From Candidatus Omnitrophota bacterium (GTDB lineage Bacteria; Omnitrophota; Gorgyraeia; Zapsychrales; Fredricksoniimonadaceae), in NCBI GenBank assembly GCA_028865345.1, contig JAGWKL010000007.1, positions 6,089 through 70,088 of the forward strand: 64,000 nt of DNA. Reading direction: 5' to 3'. The position numbers were made by a program, and so were the translations under genes. The notes beneath the pieces were generated by a model, which made no database searches, was not told the origin of the DNA, and saw only the letters and a list, made by a program, of their open reading frames with translations. Of the stretch, positions 37,218-46,593 are shown one piece after another; the stretch's first letter is position 1; every line of letters begins with the position of its first letter.

Positions 37218-37294
37218 GGACTCATAGCTCAGCTGGTTAGAGCGCATCCTTGACATGGATGAGGTCAGAGGTTCGATCCCTCTTGAGTCCACCA
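37218..37294 (+). tRNA. tRNA-Val: tRNA-Val (GAC), CCA encoded
   Basis: GGACTCATAGCTCAGCTGGTTAGAGC D-arm, anticodon loop TTGACAT, GGTTCGATCC T-arm. Confidence 0.8.
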
Positions 37295-37299
37295 GAATT

Positions 37300-39030
37300 A
37301 TGGATTACAGCCGGGACATAGACAAGTTAAGGCACACCTGCGCACATGTGATGGCGCAGGCGGTGGTGGAGCTTTGGCCCCAGGCCAAGGTCACCATCGG
37401 GCCCGCCATCGATACGGGCTTTTATTATGATTTTGACAAGAAAGAGCCGTTCACCGACGAGGACTTACGCAAGATCGAGAAGGGCATGGAGAAGATCGTG
37501 CGCAGAGACCTGCCGATGAAGCAGTCCTTCATGAAACGCGAGGAGGCCCGGGATTTTTTTACCTCACGCCACGAGCCCTACAAGGTGGAATTGATCGATG
37601 GTATTCCTGACCAGGAAGTTTCCATTTACAAAACCGGCGATGAATTCATAGACCTTTGCAAAGGCCCGCATGTGGCCTCGACGGGGAAGATCAAGGCTTT
37701 TAAGCTGCTTTCGGTGGCAGGCGCATATTGGCGCGGAGACGAAACCAAGCCCATGCTGCAGCGTATCTACGGCACGGCCTTTTTTTCCCAACAAGAGCTC
37801 GATGCGTATTTAAAGATGCTCGAGGAGGCCAATAAGCGCGACCACCGCAAAATTGCCGCCCAGCTCGATCTTTTTCACATCTATCACGAAACCGCCGGCG
37901 CAGGTCTTGTTTTTTATCATCCCAACGGGGCGATGCTGCGCAAGACCATCGAAGATTATTTGCGCGCGCAGCATTTAAAACACGGCTATCAGCTCGTCAT
38001 GACCCCGAATATCCTCAAAGGAAAGCTGTGGGACATTTCAGGCCATGCCGAGAATTACCGCGCCAACATGTATTATTTTAAGGTCGACGACGAGGAATAT
38101 GCGGTCAAGCCCATGAATTGCCCGGCGCACATTCTTATTTATAAATCCCAAACGCGTTCATACCGCGATCTGCCGGTAAAGTATTTTGAACTGGGCACGG
38201 TTTACCGTCAGGAAAAGGCCGGGGTCCTGCACGGGCTTTTGCGCGTGCGCGGGTTCACCCAGGACGATGCGCACATCTTCCTAAGGCCTGAACAGATCAA
38301 GCAGGAAGTCGTGGGGGTCATTGATTTCGTTTTTGAGGTGATGAATGATTTCGGTTTTCACGATTTGCATATCGAGCTTTCCACCAGACCGGAGAAATTT
38401 ATGGGCTCCATTGCCAATTGGGACAAGGCGACGGACGCATTAAAAGAGGCGCTGGAGGCCAAGGATTTAAAGTACGATATCAACGAAGGCGACGGTGCTT
38501 TTTATGGCCCGAAGATAGACATTAAATTAAATGACGCCATCGGCCGCCAATGGCAGTGCGGGACGATCCAGTGCGATTTTCTTTTGCCTGAGCGGTTTGG
38601 CTTGAGCTTTGTGGATGAAACGGGTTCCCCGTCGCCCCTGGTCATGCTTCATAGGGCGATCTTGGGCAGCCTGGAGAGGTTCATCGGCACCTTGATCGAG
38701 CATTATGCGGGGAATTTGCCTTTATGGCTGGCCCCTAACCAGGCGGTGATCATTCCAATCAAGAATGAACACCGGGATTTTGCCGGGAAGGTCAGGACGG
38801 TCTTACAGCAGGCGGAGGTGCGCGTCGTCGTCGATGATCGCAATGAATCGTTGTCCAAACGCATCCGGGAGGCGTCGGTCAAAAAAATACCATATCACCT
38901 GATCATCGGGGATAAAGAAGTGCAGTCCTCTCAGGTGGCGGTGCGCCTGCAAAACGGCAGCGACTTGGGGCCCATGGGCCTCGAGGGCCTTCTGGACAGG
39001 CTGAAGCAGCAGATTATTGACAAGAAATAG
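37300..39030 (+). CDS. thrS: Threonyl-tRNA synthetase (577 aa, lacks N-terminal TGS domain)
   Basis: Track ORF starts inside tRNA-Val; first ATG after the tRNA is 37300 (MDYSRDI). Editing-domain HxxxH (RHTCAHV), class II motifs. No N1/TGS domain. Confidence 0.85.
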   Translation: MDYSRDIDKLRHTCAHVMAQAVVELWPQAKVTIGPAIDTGFYYDFDKKEPFTDEDLRKIEKGMEKIVRRDLPMKQSFMKREEARDFFTSRHEPYKVELIDGIPDQEVSIYKTGDEFIDLCKGPHVASTGKIKAFKLLSVAGAYWRGDETKPMLQRIYGTAFFSQQELDAYLKMLEEANKRDHRKIAAQLDLFHIYHETAGAGLVFYHPNGAMLRKTIEDYLRAQHLKHGYQLVMTPNILKGKLWDISGHAENYRANMYYFKVDDEEYAVKPMNCPAHILIYKSQTRSYRDLPVKYFELGTVYRQEKAGVLHGLLRVRGFTQDDAHIFLRPEQIKQEVVGVIDFVFEVMNDFGFHDLHIELSTRPEKFMGSIANWDKATDALKEALEAKDLKYDINEGDGAFYGPKIDIKLNDAIGRQWQCGTIQCDFLLPERFGLSFVDETGSPSPLVMLHRAILGSLERFIGTLIEHYAGNLPLWLAPNQAVIIPIKNEHRDFAGKVRTVLQQAEVRVVVDDRNESLSKRIREASVKKIPYHLIIGDKEVQSSQVAVRLQNGSDLGPMGLEGLLDRLKQQIIDKK

Positions 39031-39103
39031 AATTTAGAGATAATAGAGCGCTCTTAAAGCGGGCTAAGTCCAGGGTCAGGGACAAGAAATCTTTCAAGGA
39101 GGG

Positions 39104-39616
39104 GTGACTATTTTAAAGAACATCCGGATCAACAATCAAATTCGTGCTAAGGAAGTCAGGGTGATCGGGCCCAATTCCGAGCAGTTGGGGGTCGTGAATA
39201 TCAACAGGGCATTTGAACTGGCCGGCGAATACGGGCTTGATCTGATCGAAGTGGCCCCTACAGCCAATCCTCCGGTGTGCCGGATCATAGATTTCAGTAA
39301 ATACAAATATGACCAGCAGAAAAAAGAACGCAAAGTCAAAAAGCACCAGCATATAACCCATTTAAAACAGATCAGGATCAAGCCTCATATCGACGATCAT
39401 GACCTGGAGATCAAGATGCGCCAGGCCATTGCCTTTTTGAGCAAGAAGGACAAGGTCAAGATCAACATGATGTTCCAGGGCAGGGAAATGAGCTTCAGGG
39501 ACCGCTGGAAAGCGGTTCTGGAAAAAGTGGTGGCGGCGACCGCCGAGCACGCCACTGTCGAGAAAGCGCCGGTGGCTGAGGGACGCATTGTTTCGATGGT
39601 CTTGTCACCTAAATAG
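39104..39616 (+). CDS. infC: Translation initiation factor IF-3
   Basis: INxxIRAKEVRVIGPNSEQLGV N-domain and C-domain. Start codon probably non-ATG, as usual for infC. Confidence 0.85.
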   Translation: MTILKNIRINNQIRAKEVRVIGPNSEQLGVVNINRAFELAGEYGLDLIEVAPTANPPVCRIIDFSKYKYDQQKKERKVKKHQHITHLKQIRIKPHIDDHDLEIKMRQAIAFLSKKDKVKINMMFQGREMSFRDRWKAVLEKVVAATAEHATVEKAPVAEGRIVSMVLSPK

Positions 39617-39638
39617 GACGAAGGAAGGTAAAAAAATT

Positions 39639-39851
39639 ATGGCAAAAAAGAGAAAATTAAAAACTAAGAAAGCCGCGGTCAAGCGGTTGCGTCAGACCCG
39701 CAAAGGTCTTTTAAAAAAACGCAATGCCGGGCGCCAGCATATTTTGGGCAAGAAAACCCGTAAACATAAACGCCAGTTGCGCCACAGCGGATACGTATCA
39801 GCGACGGACGCCAAGCGTATAAGAAAGGTGTTGCCGTATGGTACGCATTAA
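39639..39851 (+). CDS. rpmI: 50S ribosomal protein L35
   Basis: MAKKRKLKTKKAAVKRLRQT; AAGGAAGG RBS. Track ORF 39588 is over-extended. Confidence 0.8.
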   Translation: MAKKRKLKTKKAAVKRLRQTRKGLLKKRNAGRQHILGKKTRKHKRQLRHSGYVSATDAKRIRKVLPYGTH

Positions 39852-40227
39852 AAGCAATGTGTATGCGCATAAGCGCAAGAAACGCGTCCTTAAAGAGGCC
39901 AAGGGCCAGTTCGGTAACCGCAGCAAGCGGTACAAAGAAGCGATCAAGTCCCTGATCGCTTCCCGCCAGTATGCCTATTTTGACCGCAAAAAGAAGAAGG
40001 GCGACTACAGGAGCCTGTGGATCGTCCGCTTGAATGCCGCATGCCGGGAAGCAGGGATTTCCTACAGCCGTTTTATCAGCGGTCTGAAAAAGGCAAATAT
40101 CGCCCTTGACCGCAAAGTGCTGGCTGACCTGGCGGTGACCCAGCCGGAAGTTTTTAATCAGCTCATTGAGCAAACCAAAACAGAGAGCCCGAAGGCGGCG
40201 GCGAAGAAAGCAGCGAAAAAAGCTTAG
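39838..40227 (+). CDS. rplT: 50S ribosomal protein L20
   Basis: infC-rpmI-rplT operon; RSKRYKEAIKSLIASRQYAYFDRKKKKGDYRSLWIVRLNAA. Confidence 0.85.
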   Translation: MVRIKSNVYAHKRKKRVLKEAKGQFGNRSKRYKEAIKSLIASRQYAYFDRKKKKGDYRSLWIVRLNAACREAGISYSRFISGLKKANIALDRKVLADLAVTQPEVFNQLIEQTKTESPKAAAKKAAKKA

Positions 40228-40250
40228 CAGCAGCGTTCTTTCGAAATTAA

Positions 40251-40289
40251 GGGGACACAATGCTTAAACCGTTTAAGTATTGTGTCCCC
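40251..40289 (+). terminator. Long hairpin (terminator/attenuator) between rplT and pheS; member of GGGGACAC palindrome family
   Basis: GGGGACACAATGCTTAAAC-C-GTTTAAGTATTGTGTCCCC, 19-bp arms with one mismatch. Confidence 0.5.
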
Positions 40290-40305
40290 TTAATTCTTAT
40301 CTTAG

Positions 40306-41328
40306 GTGCATGTAATGCCTTGGAATTTTCAAGAGATCGAAGCCCGGATCAAAACCGAGGTTCAAACTGTGGGGACGCCGCAGGAACTGGAGGCTTTCCG
40401 CCTGAAGTATTTAGGCAAAAAAGGCCTTGTCCATGCCGTGTTTGCGTCGTTGGGCCAGGCGGCAGGGCAGGAGAAGGCGGCCATCGGCAAAGGCGCCAAT
40501 GATTTAAAAAAGCTCGTCGAGGAATTGATCGAAGCTAAAGCCGGCTGGGTCAAAGCAGCCGAGAAATTTGAAGAACGGGCGGATATTTCTCTTCCAGGCG
40601 CCGGCCAGGCCCTGGGGCACACGCATCTTTTGACACAGACCATGCAGGAGATCACCTTGATCTTTGAGCGCATGGGATTTATCACCGTCGAGACCCCTGA
40701 AATAGAGACGGAATTCCACAATTTTACCGGATTAAACATTCCCGTCGACCATCCTTCCAGAGACGCTTTTGATACTTTTTATTTGGATGCCGAAGACCCT
40801 TCGGCGAAAGGCCGCCGCCTTTTGTTGCGCAGCCATACTTCGCCGGGACAGGTGAGGATCATGAAGGAACATAAGCCGCCTTTGGCGGTCATTGTCCCCG
40901 GCCGCGTATACCGTCCTGATGCGGTGGATGCCAGCCATTCGTTCATGTTCCATCAGGTGGAGGGGCTATTGGTCGATGAAAAAGTGTCGTTCTGTGAGCT
41001 CAAAGGCCTGCTGCAGGAATTCTGCCGCCGGTTCTTCGGCCCCAAGGTCGTTATGCGCTTCCGTCCGCACTTTTTCCCATTTACCGAGCCTTCGGCGGAA
41101 GTGGACATCGATGCCGGAATTTTAGGAATTGAACGTAAAAAATGGCTGGAAATCCTGGGCTGCGGCATGGTCAATCCCAGGGTGTTTGAAGCGGTGGGAT
41201 ATTCCAAGGGCAAATACAAAGGCCTGGCCTTTGGCATGGGTGTTGAGCGTATGGCCATGCTCAAATACGGTATCAATGATATCCGTTTGTTTTATGAAAA
41301 CGATGTGCGGTTCCTGAGGCAGTTTTAA
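40306..41328 (+). CDS. pheS: Phenylalanyl-tRNA synthetase alpha subunit
   Basis: Class II core motifs (FRPHFFPFTEPSAEVD, GCGMV). Confidence 0.9.
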   Translation: MHVMPWNFQEIEARIKTEVQTVGTPQELEAFRLKYLGKKGLVHAVFASLGQAAGQEKAAIGKGANDLKKLVEELIEAKAGWVKAAEKFEERADISLPGAGQALGHTHLLTQTMQEITLIFERMGFITVETPEIETEFHNFTGLNIPVDHPSRDAFDTFYLDAEDPSAKGRRLLLRSHTSPGQVRIMKEHKPPLAVIVPGRVYRPDAVDASHSFMFHQVEGLLVDEKVSFCELKGLLQEFCRRFFGPKVVMRFRPHFFPFTEPSAEVDIDAGILGIERKKWLEILGCGMVNPRVFEAVGYSKGKYKGLAFGMGVERMAMLKYGINDIRLFYENDVRFLRQF

Positions 41329-41331
41329 CTT

Positions 41332-43356
41332 ATGAAACTATCTCTCAACTGGTTAAAAGATTATATCGACCCTAAATTGTCGACGGATGAACTGGCCGAG
41401 CGCCTGACCATGGCCGGCCTGGAAGTGGAAGCGGTGGAAGCCCGCGGCAGGGACATGGTTTTGGAGATGGAGATCACGCCCAATCGCCCGGACTGTTTGA
41501 GTGTTTTAGGGCTGGGCCGGGAGATCAGCGCTATTACAGGCCGGGCCCTCAAATGCCCCAAGATCAGGGAGCACAAGACCGTAACGCTAAAGGACCTCGT
41601 CCGGATCGAAAATAAAAAAGACTGCTGCCGGTATATCGCGACCCTGATGAGGGGCGCCCGGATCAAGGATGCCCCCACAGAGATGAAGGCGCGCCTCGAG
41701 GCCATGGGTATCAACGTGATCAATAATGCCGTGGACATCACCAATTTCGTCCTGATGGAAACGGGCCAGCCCCTGCATGTTTTTGATTATGATAAATTGT
41801 CGGGCGGCAAGATCATCGTGCGCCGGGCCAGGGCAGGGGAAAGCATCATAACCCTCGACGGCGTTGAACGCAAACTGGACCCCGAAATTTTAGTGGTCGC
41901 AGATGCCGAAAAGCCGGTGGCCATCGCCGGGATCATGGGCGGACAGGATGCGCAGATCACCGCGCAGACAAAAAACATTTTACTCGAAAGCGCTCATTTC
42001 GAGATGGGGATCGTGCGCAGGGCCTGCCGCAGACTGGGGCTTAGGAGCGAATCCTCATACCGTTTTGAACGCAACGTGGATCTCGACGGAGTTTTGACCG
42101 GTGCCGGTCGGGCCGTTGATCTGCTTTTGCAGACGACAGGCGGACATTTGGGCGGACGCGCGGAAATCTTTTCTAAAACAAGAATTTCCAGGCCTAAGAT
42201 AAAGGTCAGGATTTCCGGCGTTAAGGAGCTTCTTGGCATCGAAGTTGCTCCCGCAAAAGTTAAGGGCTGGCTCGTCCAATTGGGATTTAAAGCGGCGATC
42301 AAGGCGGGTATTTTGACGGTCGTCCCTCCGTCCAACCGCGCGGACGTGGCTCAGGAAGCGGATGTGATCGAAGAGGTCGCCCGCATGGTGGGTTTTGACC
42401 GGTTGCCTGCTCAAATACCGGTCATCAAATCAGCCAATATCACCGTCGACGCAAGGCCCCGGGAAATTAAAACGGATATTCGCCGGGCCCTGACAGCGGC
42501 CGGGATGGATGAGATTATTACCCTGTCCATGATCAATGCCGCGACCCTTGTCAAAACAAACATCACACAAATGCCGGGCATCAAGATCTTCAACCCGCTT
42601 TCCCAGGACCAGGAACTGATGCGTCCGGTGTTGCTGCCGTCGTTCCTGCAGGTGGCGGCCACCAACATGAACCGCGGCCAAAAGAATTTGCGGTTTTTCG
42701 AAATCGGCAAAACGTATTTCCAGGGCAAAGAAAGGGACGCTTTGGGAGTTTTCTTGACGGGCCGGCGGACGCATGATTGGCGGGCATCGGAGAAAGAGCA
42801 AGTCGATATCTTTGATTTAAAAGGCGCCCTGGAGCGCGTTTTTCAAATAACAGGGACCGGCGCGGGGTATGAAGACGTTGCGATACCTGCCTTTGACCCC
42901 GGTTGCGCCGCATACATCGCAGTCAACGGAAAGCAGATAGGGATTATGGGCAGGGTGAACAGAAGCGTGTTAAATAATTGGGACATCAAACATCAGGACA
43001 TTTATTTTGCCGCGCTTTTTCTGGATGAGATTTTGTCCGCGTCCCATAAGGCGGTGCGCTACGAGCCCATTTCGGAATTCCCGGCCATCGTCAGGGACGT
43101 GTCCCTGGCGGTTGACAAAAGCGTTCCTTACAAAAAGATCGAAGACATTTGCAGGCAACAGGGAGGGGAGATTTTAAAATCCGTTCAATTTATAGAGCAG
43201 TATTCAGGAGACAAGATCCAGCCGGGCTGCAAGGGAATTGTGTTTTCCTGCCGCTACCAATCTTCCAGCCGGACCCTGCGGGAAGACGAGGTCACACAGG
43301 CCCATGAACGCCTTGTACAGGCGTTGTCCCGCGATTTAAATGCCGTCCGCCGGTAA
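41332..43356 (+). CDS. pheT: Phenylalanyl-tRNA synthetase beta subunit (674 aa, short form)
   Basis: MKLSLNWLKDYID N-terminus, B3/4 and B5 domains, C-terminal FDX-ACB-like region. Confidence 0.9.
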   Translation: MKLSLNWLKDYIDPKLSTDELAERLTMAGLEVEAVEARGRDMVLEMEITPNRPDCLSVLGLGREISAITGRALKCPKIREHKTVTLKDLVRIENKKDCCRYIATLMRGARIKDAPTEMKARLEAMGINVINNAVDITNFVLMETGQPLHVFDYDKLSGGKIIVRRARAGESIITLDGVERKLDPEILVVADAEKPVAIAGIMGGQDAQITAQTKNILLESAHFEMGIVRRACRRLGLRSESSYRFERNVDLDGVLTGAGRAVDLLLQTTGGHLGGRAEIFSKTRISRPKIKVRISGVKELLGIEVAPAKVKGWLVQLGFKAAIKAGILTVVPPSNRADVAQEADVIEEVARMVGFDRLPAQIPVIKSANITVDARPREIKTDIRRALTAAGMDEIITLSMINAATLVKTNITQMPGIKIFNPLSQDQELMRPVLLPSFLQVAATNMNRGQKNLRFFEIGKTYFQGKERDALGVFLTGRRTHDWRASEKEQVDIFDLKGALERVFQITGTGAGYEDVAIPAFDPGCAAYIAVNGKQIGIMGRVNRSVLNNWDIKHQDIYFAALFLDEILSASHKAVRYEPISEFPAIVRDVSLAVDKSVPYKKIEDICRQQGGEILKSVQFIEQYSGDKIQPGCKGIVFSCRYQSSSRTLREDEVTQAHERLVQALSRDLNAVRR

Positions 43357-43358
43357 GT

Positions 43359-43829
43359 TCAATTTTGTTTAAATTGTCTTTTTACCCCGGGCCGGGTAAA
43401 AAAGTAGATCAGTAAAAGCCCAAAGATGACATCGATGGACCTTTGGATGATCAGGGCTGGCCATACAAAATCGGAGAAGCTGAATGGAAAAATGCTGCCC
43501 AGGGTTTGGTCCAGGTATTGGGCATGAAGGGCGTAGGCGGCATAAGGGTGTTTCAAGTTGACAAGCAAGACCACAAAAAGGCTGTTGAAGACCGCCAGCT
43601 TTCTGCACCATTCATTCAATTTCAGTATGCCGATCCCGGCGACAAGCCCCAAAAGTTTAATGATCCAGGAAACCCCATAGCGCAGGTCAATGATGCCGGG
43701 AGGGTATTGCCCGAAAAGATAGGCATAATGTTTATAGCCCCCCAAGGCCAGGGCGGTCATTTGATATAAGGAACCCAGTATCAGCAGCCAGCCCCAGACA
43801 GTGACCCCGTTAGATCTGGTGTTTACCAT
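43359..43829 (-). CDS. Hypothetical integral membrane protein (156 aa)
   Basis: Four predicted hydrophobic helices; no recognisable family. Confidence 0.35.
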   Translation of the reverse strand: MVNTRSNGVTVWGWLLILGSLYQMTALALGGYKHYAYLFGQYPPGIIDLRYGVSWIIKLLGLVAGIGILKLNEWCRKLAVFNSLFVVLLVNLKHPYAAYALHAQYLDQTLGSIFPFSFSDFVWPALIIQRSIDVIFGLLLIYFFTRPGVKRQFKQN

Positions 43830-43888
43830 TGCTTTAAAGAATATCTTGTTTTCCGGTTCTTATCTATGATAAACTTTTTTTAAAATAC

Positions 43889-44674
43889 ATGGATAAAAAA
43901 TTCAAGCGCGTCCTTATCACCGGAGCAACGGGCCAATTGGGAAGCCGTCTTGTTTCCAGCGGATTGTTCCCCGGCCCCCTGACACCCTCCCGACGTCAAC
44001 TGGACCTTTGCGAGGACGAAAGCGTCAGGGAATATTTCCAGGCGCATTCTTTTGATGCGGTGATCCACACGGCGGCCCTGGCCAGGATGCGCGATTGCCA
44101 CCGCAACCCCGCCCTGGCCCTGGAGACGAACATGACGGGCACCTTGCGGCTGGTCAGGGCGACGCTGGACAAAGAAAAGAAAATAAAAAAAACACTGAGG
44201 TTCGTTTATATTTCCACCGACGGGGTGTATGCCGGCGTTCGCGGACGCTACAAAGAGACGGATGCAGCCATTCCATATAATCATTACGGCTGGACAAAGC
44301 TGGGAGGCGAATGCGCGGTCCATTTATTGAGGGACCATTGCATTGTCCGCACCCGGTATTTTGACCCGGGCGACCTGCCGTTCACGAAGTACACCGCGGA
44401 TGCGTATAATTCAGGCATCCCCTTGGACGAACTGGTCAAAGCCATTTACGGACTTTTATATTCGGAATTTTCAGGCACGGTGAATGTGGGCGGCAGGCGC
44501 GGCTCGGACTACGGGCGGTACAGAAAATATAAAACAGCCGTTAAGCCCTGCCTTTTAAAAGAAATCCAGAAAAAGACCCCATTTATCCTCTCCCGCGATG
44601 CTTCTTTAAATTGCGGTCTTTGGAGAAAAATAAATCCCTATGGTGCTTACCGTTATCGTTCCTTTCCATCATGA
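43889..44674 (+). CDS. NAD(P)-dependent sugar epimerase/reductase (RmlD-like)
   Basis: VLITGATGQLGSRL Rossmann motif, YxxxK-type region. Short SDR sugar reductase. Confidence 0.55.
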   Translation: MDKKFKRVLITGATGQLGSRLVSSGLFPGPLTPSRRQLDLCEDESVREYFQAHSFDAVIHTAALARMRDCHRNPALALETNMTGTLRLVRATLDKEKKIKKTLRFVYISTDGVYAGVRGRYKETDAAIPYNHYGWTKLGGECAVHLLRDHCIVRTRYFDPGDLPFTKYTADAYNSGIPLDELVKAIYGLLYSEFSGTVNVGGRRGSDYGRYRKYKTAVKPCLLKEIQKKTPFILSRDASLNCGLWRKINPYGAYRYRSFPS

Positions 44675-45356
44675 AGGGCAAAACATGGCCTCAACCCTCC
44701 GGGGCCTTCAAGGGGTTTTGAATGTTCCCCATGAAATTCTGCTTATCCATGACGATAAAGAAGAACCTGCCCTGCCCTTTGTTAAACCTATTCAGGCAAA
44801 GGACGCCTCCATGCAGATCCTGTTGAATGCCTGCTTGCCCGGCGTTGCCGGCGCCATCAGGACCGGACTGGAAAGGGCAAGAGGACAATATGTTCTTTTT
44901 CTCGTCGCAGATGATCAAGGACCGCTGGCCATCATTAACCCGATGCTTGATTTAATGCGCAGGGGCTATGACGTGGTCTCCGGGACACGTTATGCCGGCA
45001 GCGGGGGCGTTTCAGGGGGAGGATTTTGGGCCAACGCGGCCTCGGCCTGGGGCAACCGGACCTTTGGGTTGTTGGCCTCCAGCCAATTCTCCGACGCGAC
45101 ATGCGGCATCAAAATGTTCCGTAAAGAAATTCTCCAGGGAGCCCCATTCAACGCCGGGGCAGGCTGGGCTGTTGTATTTGAGCTTGCCGTCAGGGCCGAG
45201 CGGCAGGGGCTTAAGGTCGCGGAAATACCGTATGTCTCTTACAATCGCGTTGAGGGCGGGATGTCTCATTTTAAAATAGGGCCGCGGATGCTTGGCTATG
45301 GGAAAATATTCTTAAGGGAAGCGGTCAATCTCAGGTTTAGGAAAACACATGCCTGA
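44640..45356 (+). CDS. Family 2 glycosyltransferase (Dpm1/polyprenyl-phosphate sugar synthase-like)
   Basis: LTVIVPFHHEGQN..LIHDDKEE (DxD region) typical of GT2 Dpm1-like enzymes. Confidence 0.55.
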   Translation: MVLTVIVPFHHEGQNMASTLRGLQGVLNVPHEILLIHDDKEEPALPFVKPIQAKDASMQILLNACLPGVAGAIRTGLERARGQYVLFLVADDQGPLAIINPMLDLMRRGYDVVSGTRYAGSGGVSGGGFWANAASAWGNRTFGLLASSQFSDATCGIKMFRKEILQGAPFNAGAGWAVVFELAVRAERQGLKVAEIPYVSYNRVEGGMSHFKIGPRMLGYGKIFLREAVNLRFRKTHA

Positions 45357-46593
45357 ACATGTTTTAATAAAGCACTGTCAAATCTGTCAGGGGCCGACGC
45401 AGGAGGCTCTGTCCTTGGGTGATCTCCCCCTTGTGGACTGCTTAATGGAGCCGTCGGATGTCCATGCCCCTGTTGCGCGGTATCCGGCCAACCTGCAGCA
45501 CTGTCCTTCCTGCCGGCTCGCCCAACTGGGTTGCATTGTTGATAATCGATTGCGTTTTCCCCCGGAGTATCCGTATACCAGCGCCACGACGAAAATATTA
45601 CGGGACAATTTTTCTCAATTGGCCCTGGAGACGGGGGAGTTTACCGCATTAAATACGGACGATTTGGTCCTGGACATCGGATGCAATGACGGTACATTGC
45701 TGAAGAATTTCAAAGACCGGACGAAGGTGTTGGGTGTGACCCCTGAGGACATGGGACAAGCGGCCCTTCAGCAGGGGATCGACGTGATCCAGGCCTATTT
45801 TACGCCCGCCGCAAGGCAGGAAATCCTGCGGCGCCATGGACAGGCGACGGTCGTCCTTGCCGCCAACGTGCTGGCCCATTTCGACGATATCAACAGGGCC
45901 GTCGATGACATCAAACAGCTGTTGAAGCCTCACGGCCTTTTTATTTCGGAATCGGGGTATCTTTTTGACATGCTCGAAGGGCTGCAGTATGATTCCATCC
46001 ACCACGAACATCTGCGTTATTATTCATTGGCGAGCCTGAAGGTCCTTTTTGACAGGCATGGCCTTCAGATCATCCACGCCGCAAAAATAAACACGCATGG
46101 AGGATCCTTGCGTGTTTATGCCGCCTTTCAGGGGAAATACCCCGTGCGTTCAAGCGTGGCGGCGATTTTGAAGGAAGAAGCGGACAAAAATCTCATTTTC
46201 CTGCTCGATGATTTCCATCGGAGGGCCGGAGAACATAAAAGCTGTTTATCCCGGCTGTTGCGCGGGCTTAAAAGCAGACATAAGACCATTCAAGGCATCG
46301 GAGCGCCGGGACGCGCGACTGTGCTTATGAATTATGCGGGGATCGACAATGCCATCCTCGATGGGGTGGCCGAAATCGAAGGTTCGCACAAGATCGGCAA
46401 GATCATTCCGGGCACGGGGGTCAGGATCGTCTTGCAACAGGAATTTTTTAAAAATCAACCTGATTATGCTCTGATGCTTTCCTGGCATATCGCCGGAGAA
46501 CTTATGCCGAAACTTAAAATGCAGGGGTTCCGGGGGGACTTCATATTGCCGTTGCCTAAACCAGTTCTTATCAGCAGCCAGGATGCCGGATGA
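45349..46593 (+). CDS. SAM-dependent C-methyltransferase with N-terminal zinc-ribbon (NDP-hexose C-methyltransferase-like)
   Basis: CQICQG..CPSCRL zinc ribbon, VLDIGCNDGTLL SAM motif I, C-terminal C-methyltransferase-like domain. Confidence 0.5.
   Translation: MPEHVLIKHCQICQGPTQEALSLGDLPLVDCLMEPSDVHAPVARYPANLQHCPSCRLAQLGCIVDNRLRFPPEYPYTSATTKILRDNFSQLALETGEFTALNTDDLVLDIGCNDGTLLKNFKDRTKVLGVTPEDMGQAALQQGIDVIQAYFTPAARQEILRRHGQATVVLAANVLAHFDDINRAVDDIKQLLKPHGLFISESGYLFDMLEGLQYDSIHHEHLRYYSLASLKVLFDRHGLQIIHAAKINTHGGSLRVYAAFQGKYPVRSSVAAILKEEADKNLIFLLDDFHRRAGEHKSCLSRLLRGLKSRHKTIQGIGAPGRATVLMNYAGIDNAILDGVAEIEGSHKIGKIIPGTGVRIVLQQEFFKNQPDYALMLSWHIAGELMPKLKMQGFRGDFILPLPKPVLISSQDAG

Noticed and set aside
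40260-40502. 80-aa plus-strand ORF between rplT and pheS
   Set aside because: It begins inside the 19-bp-arm terminator hairpin and overlaps the pheS start. Its sequence is Arg/Gly/Pro-rich junk. The region is better explained as a terminator/attenuator plus the pheS 5' end.
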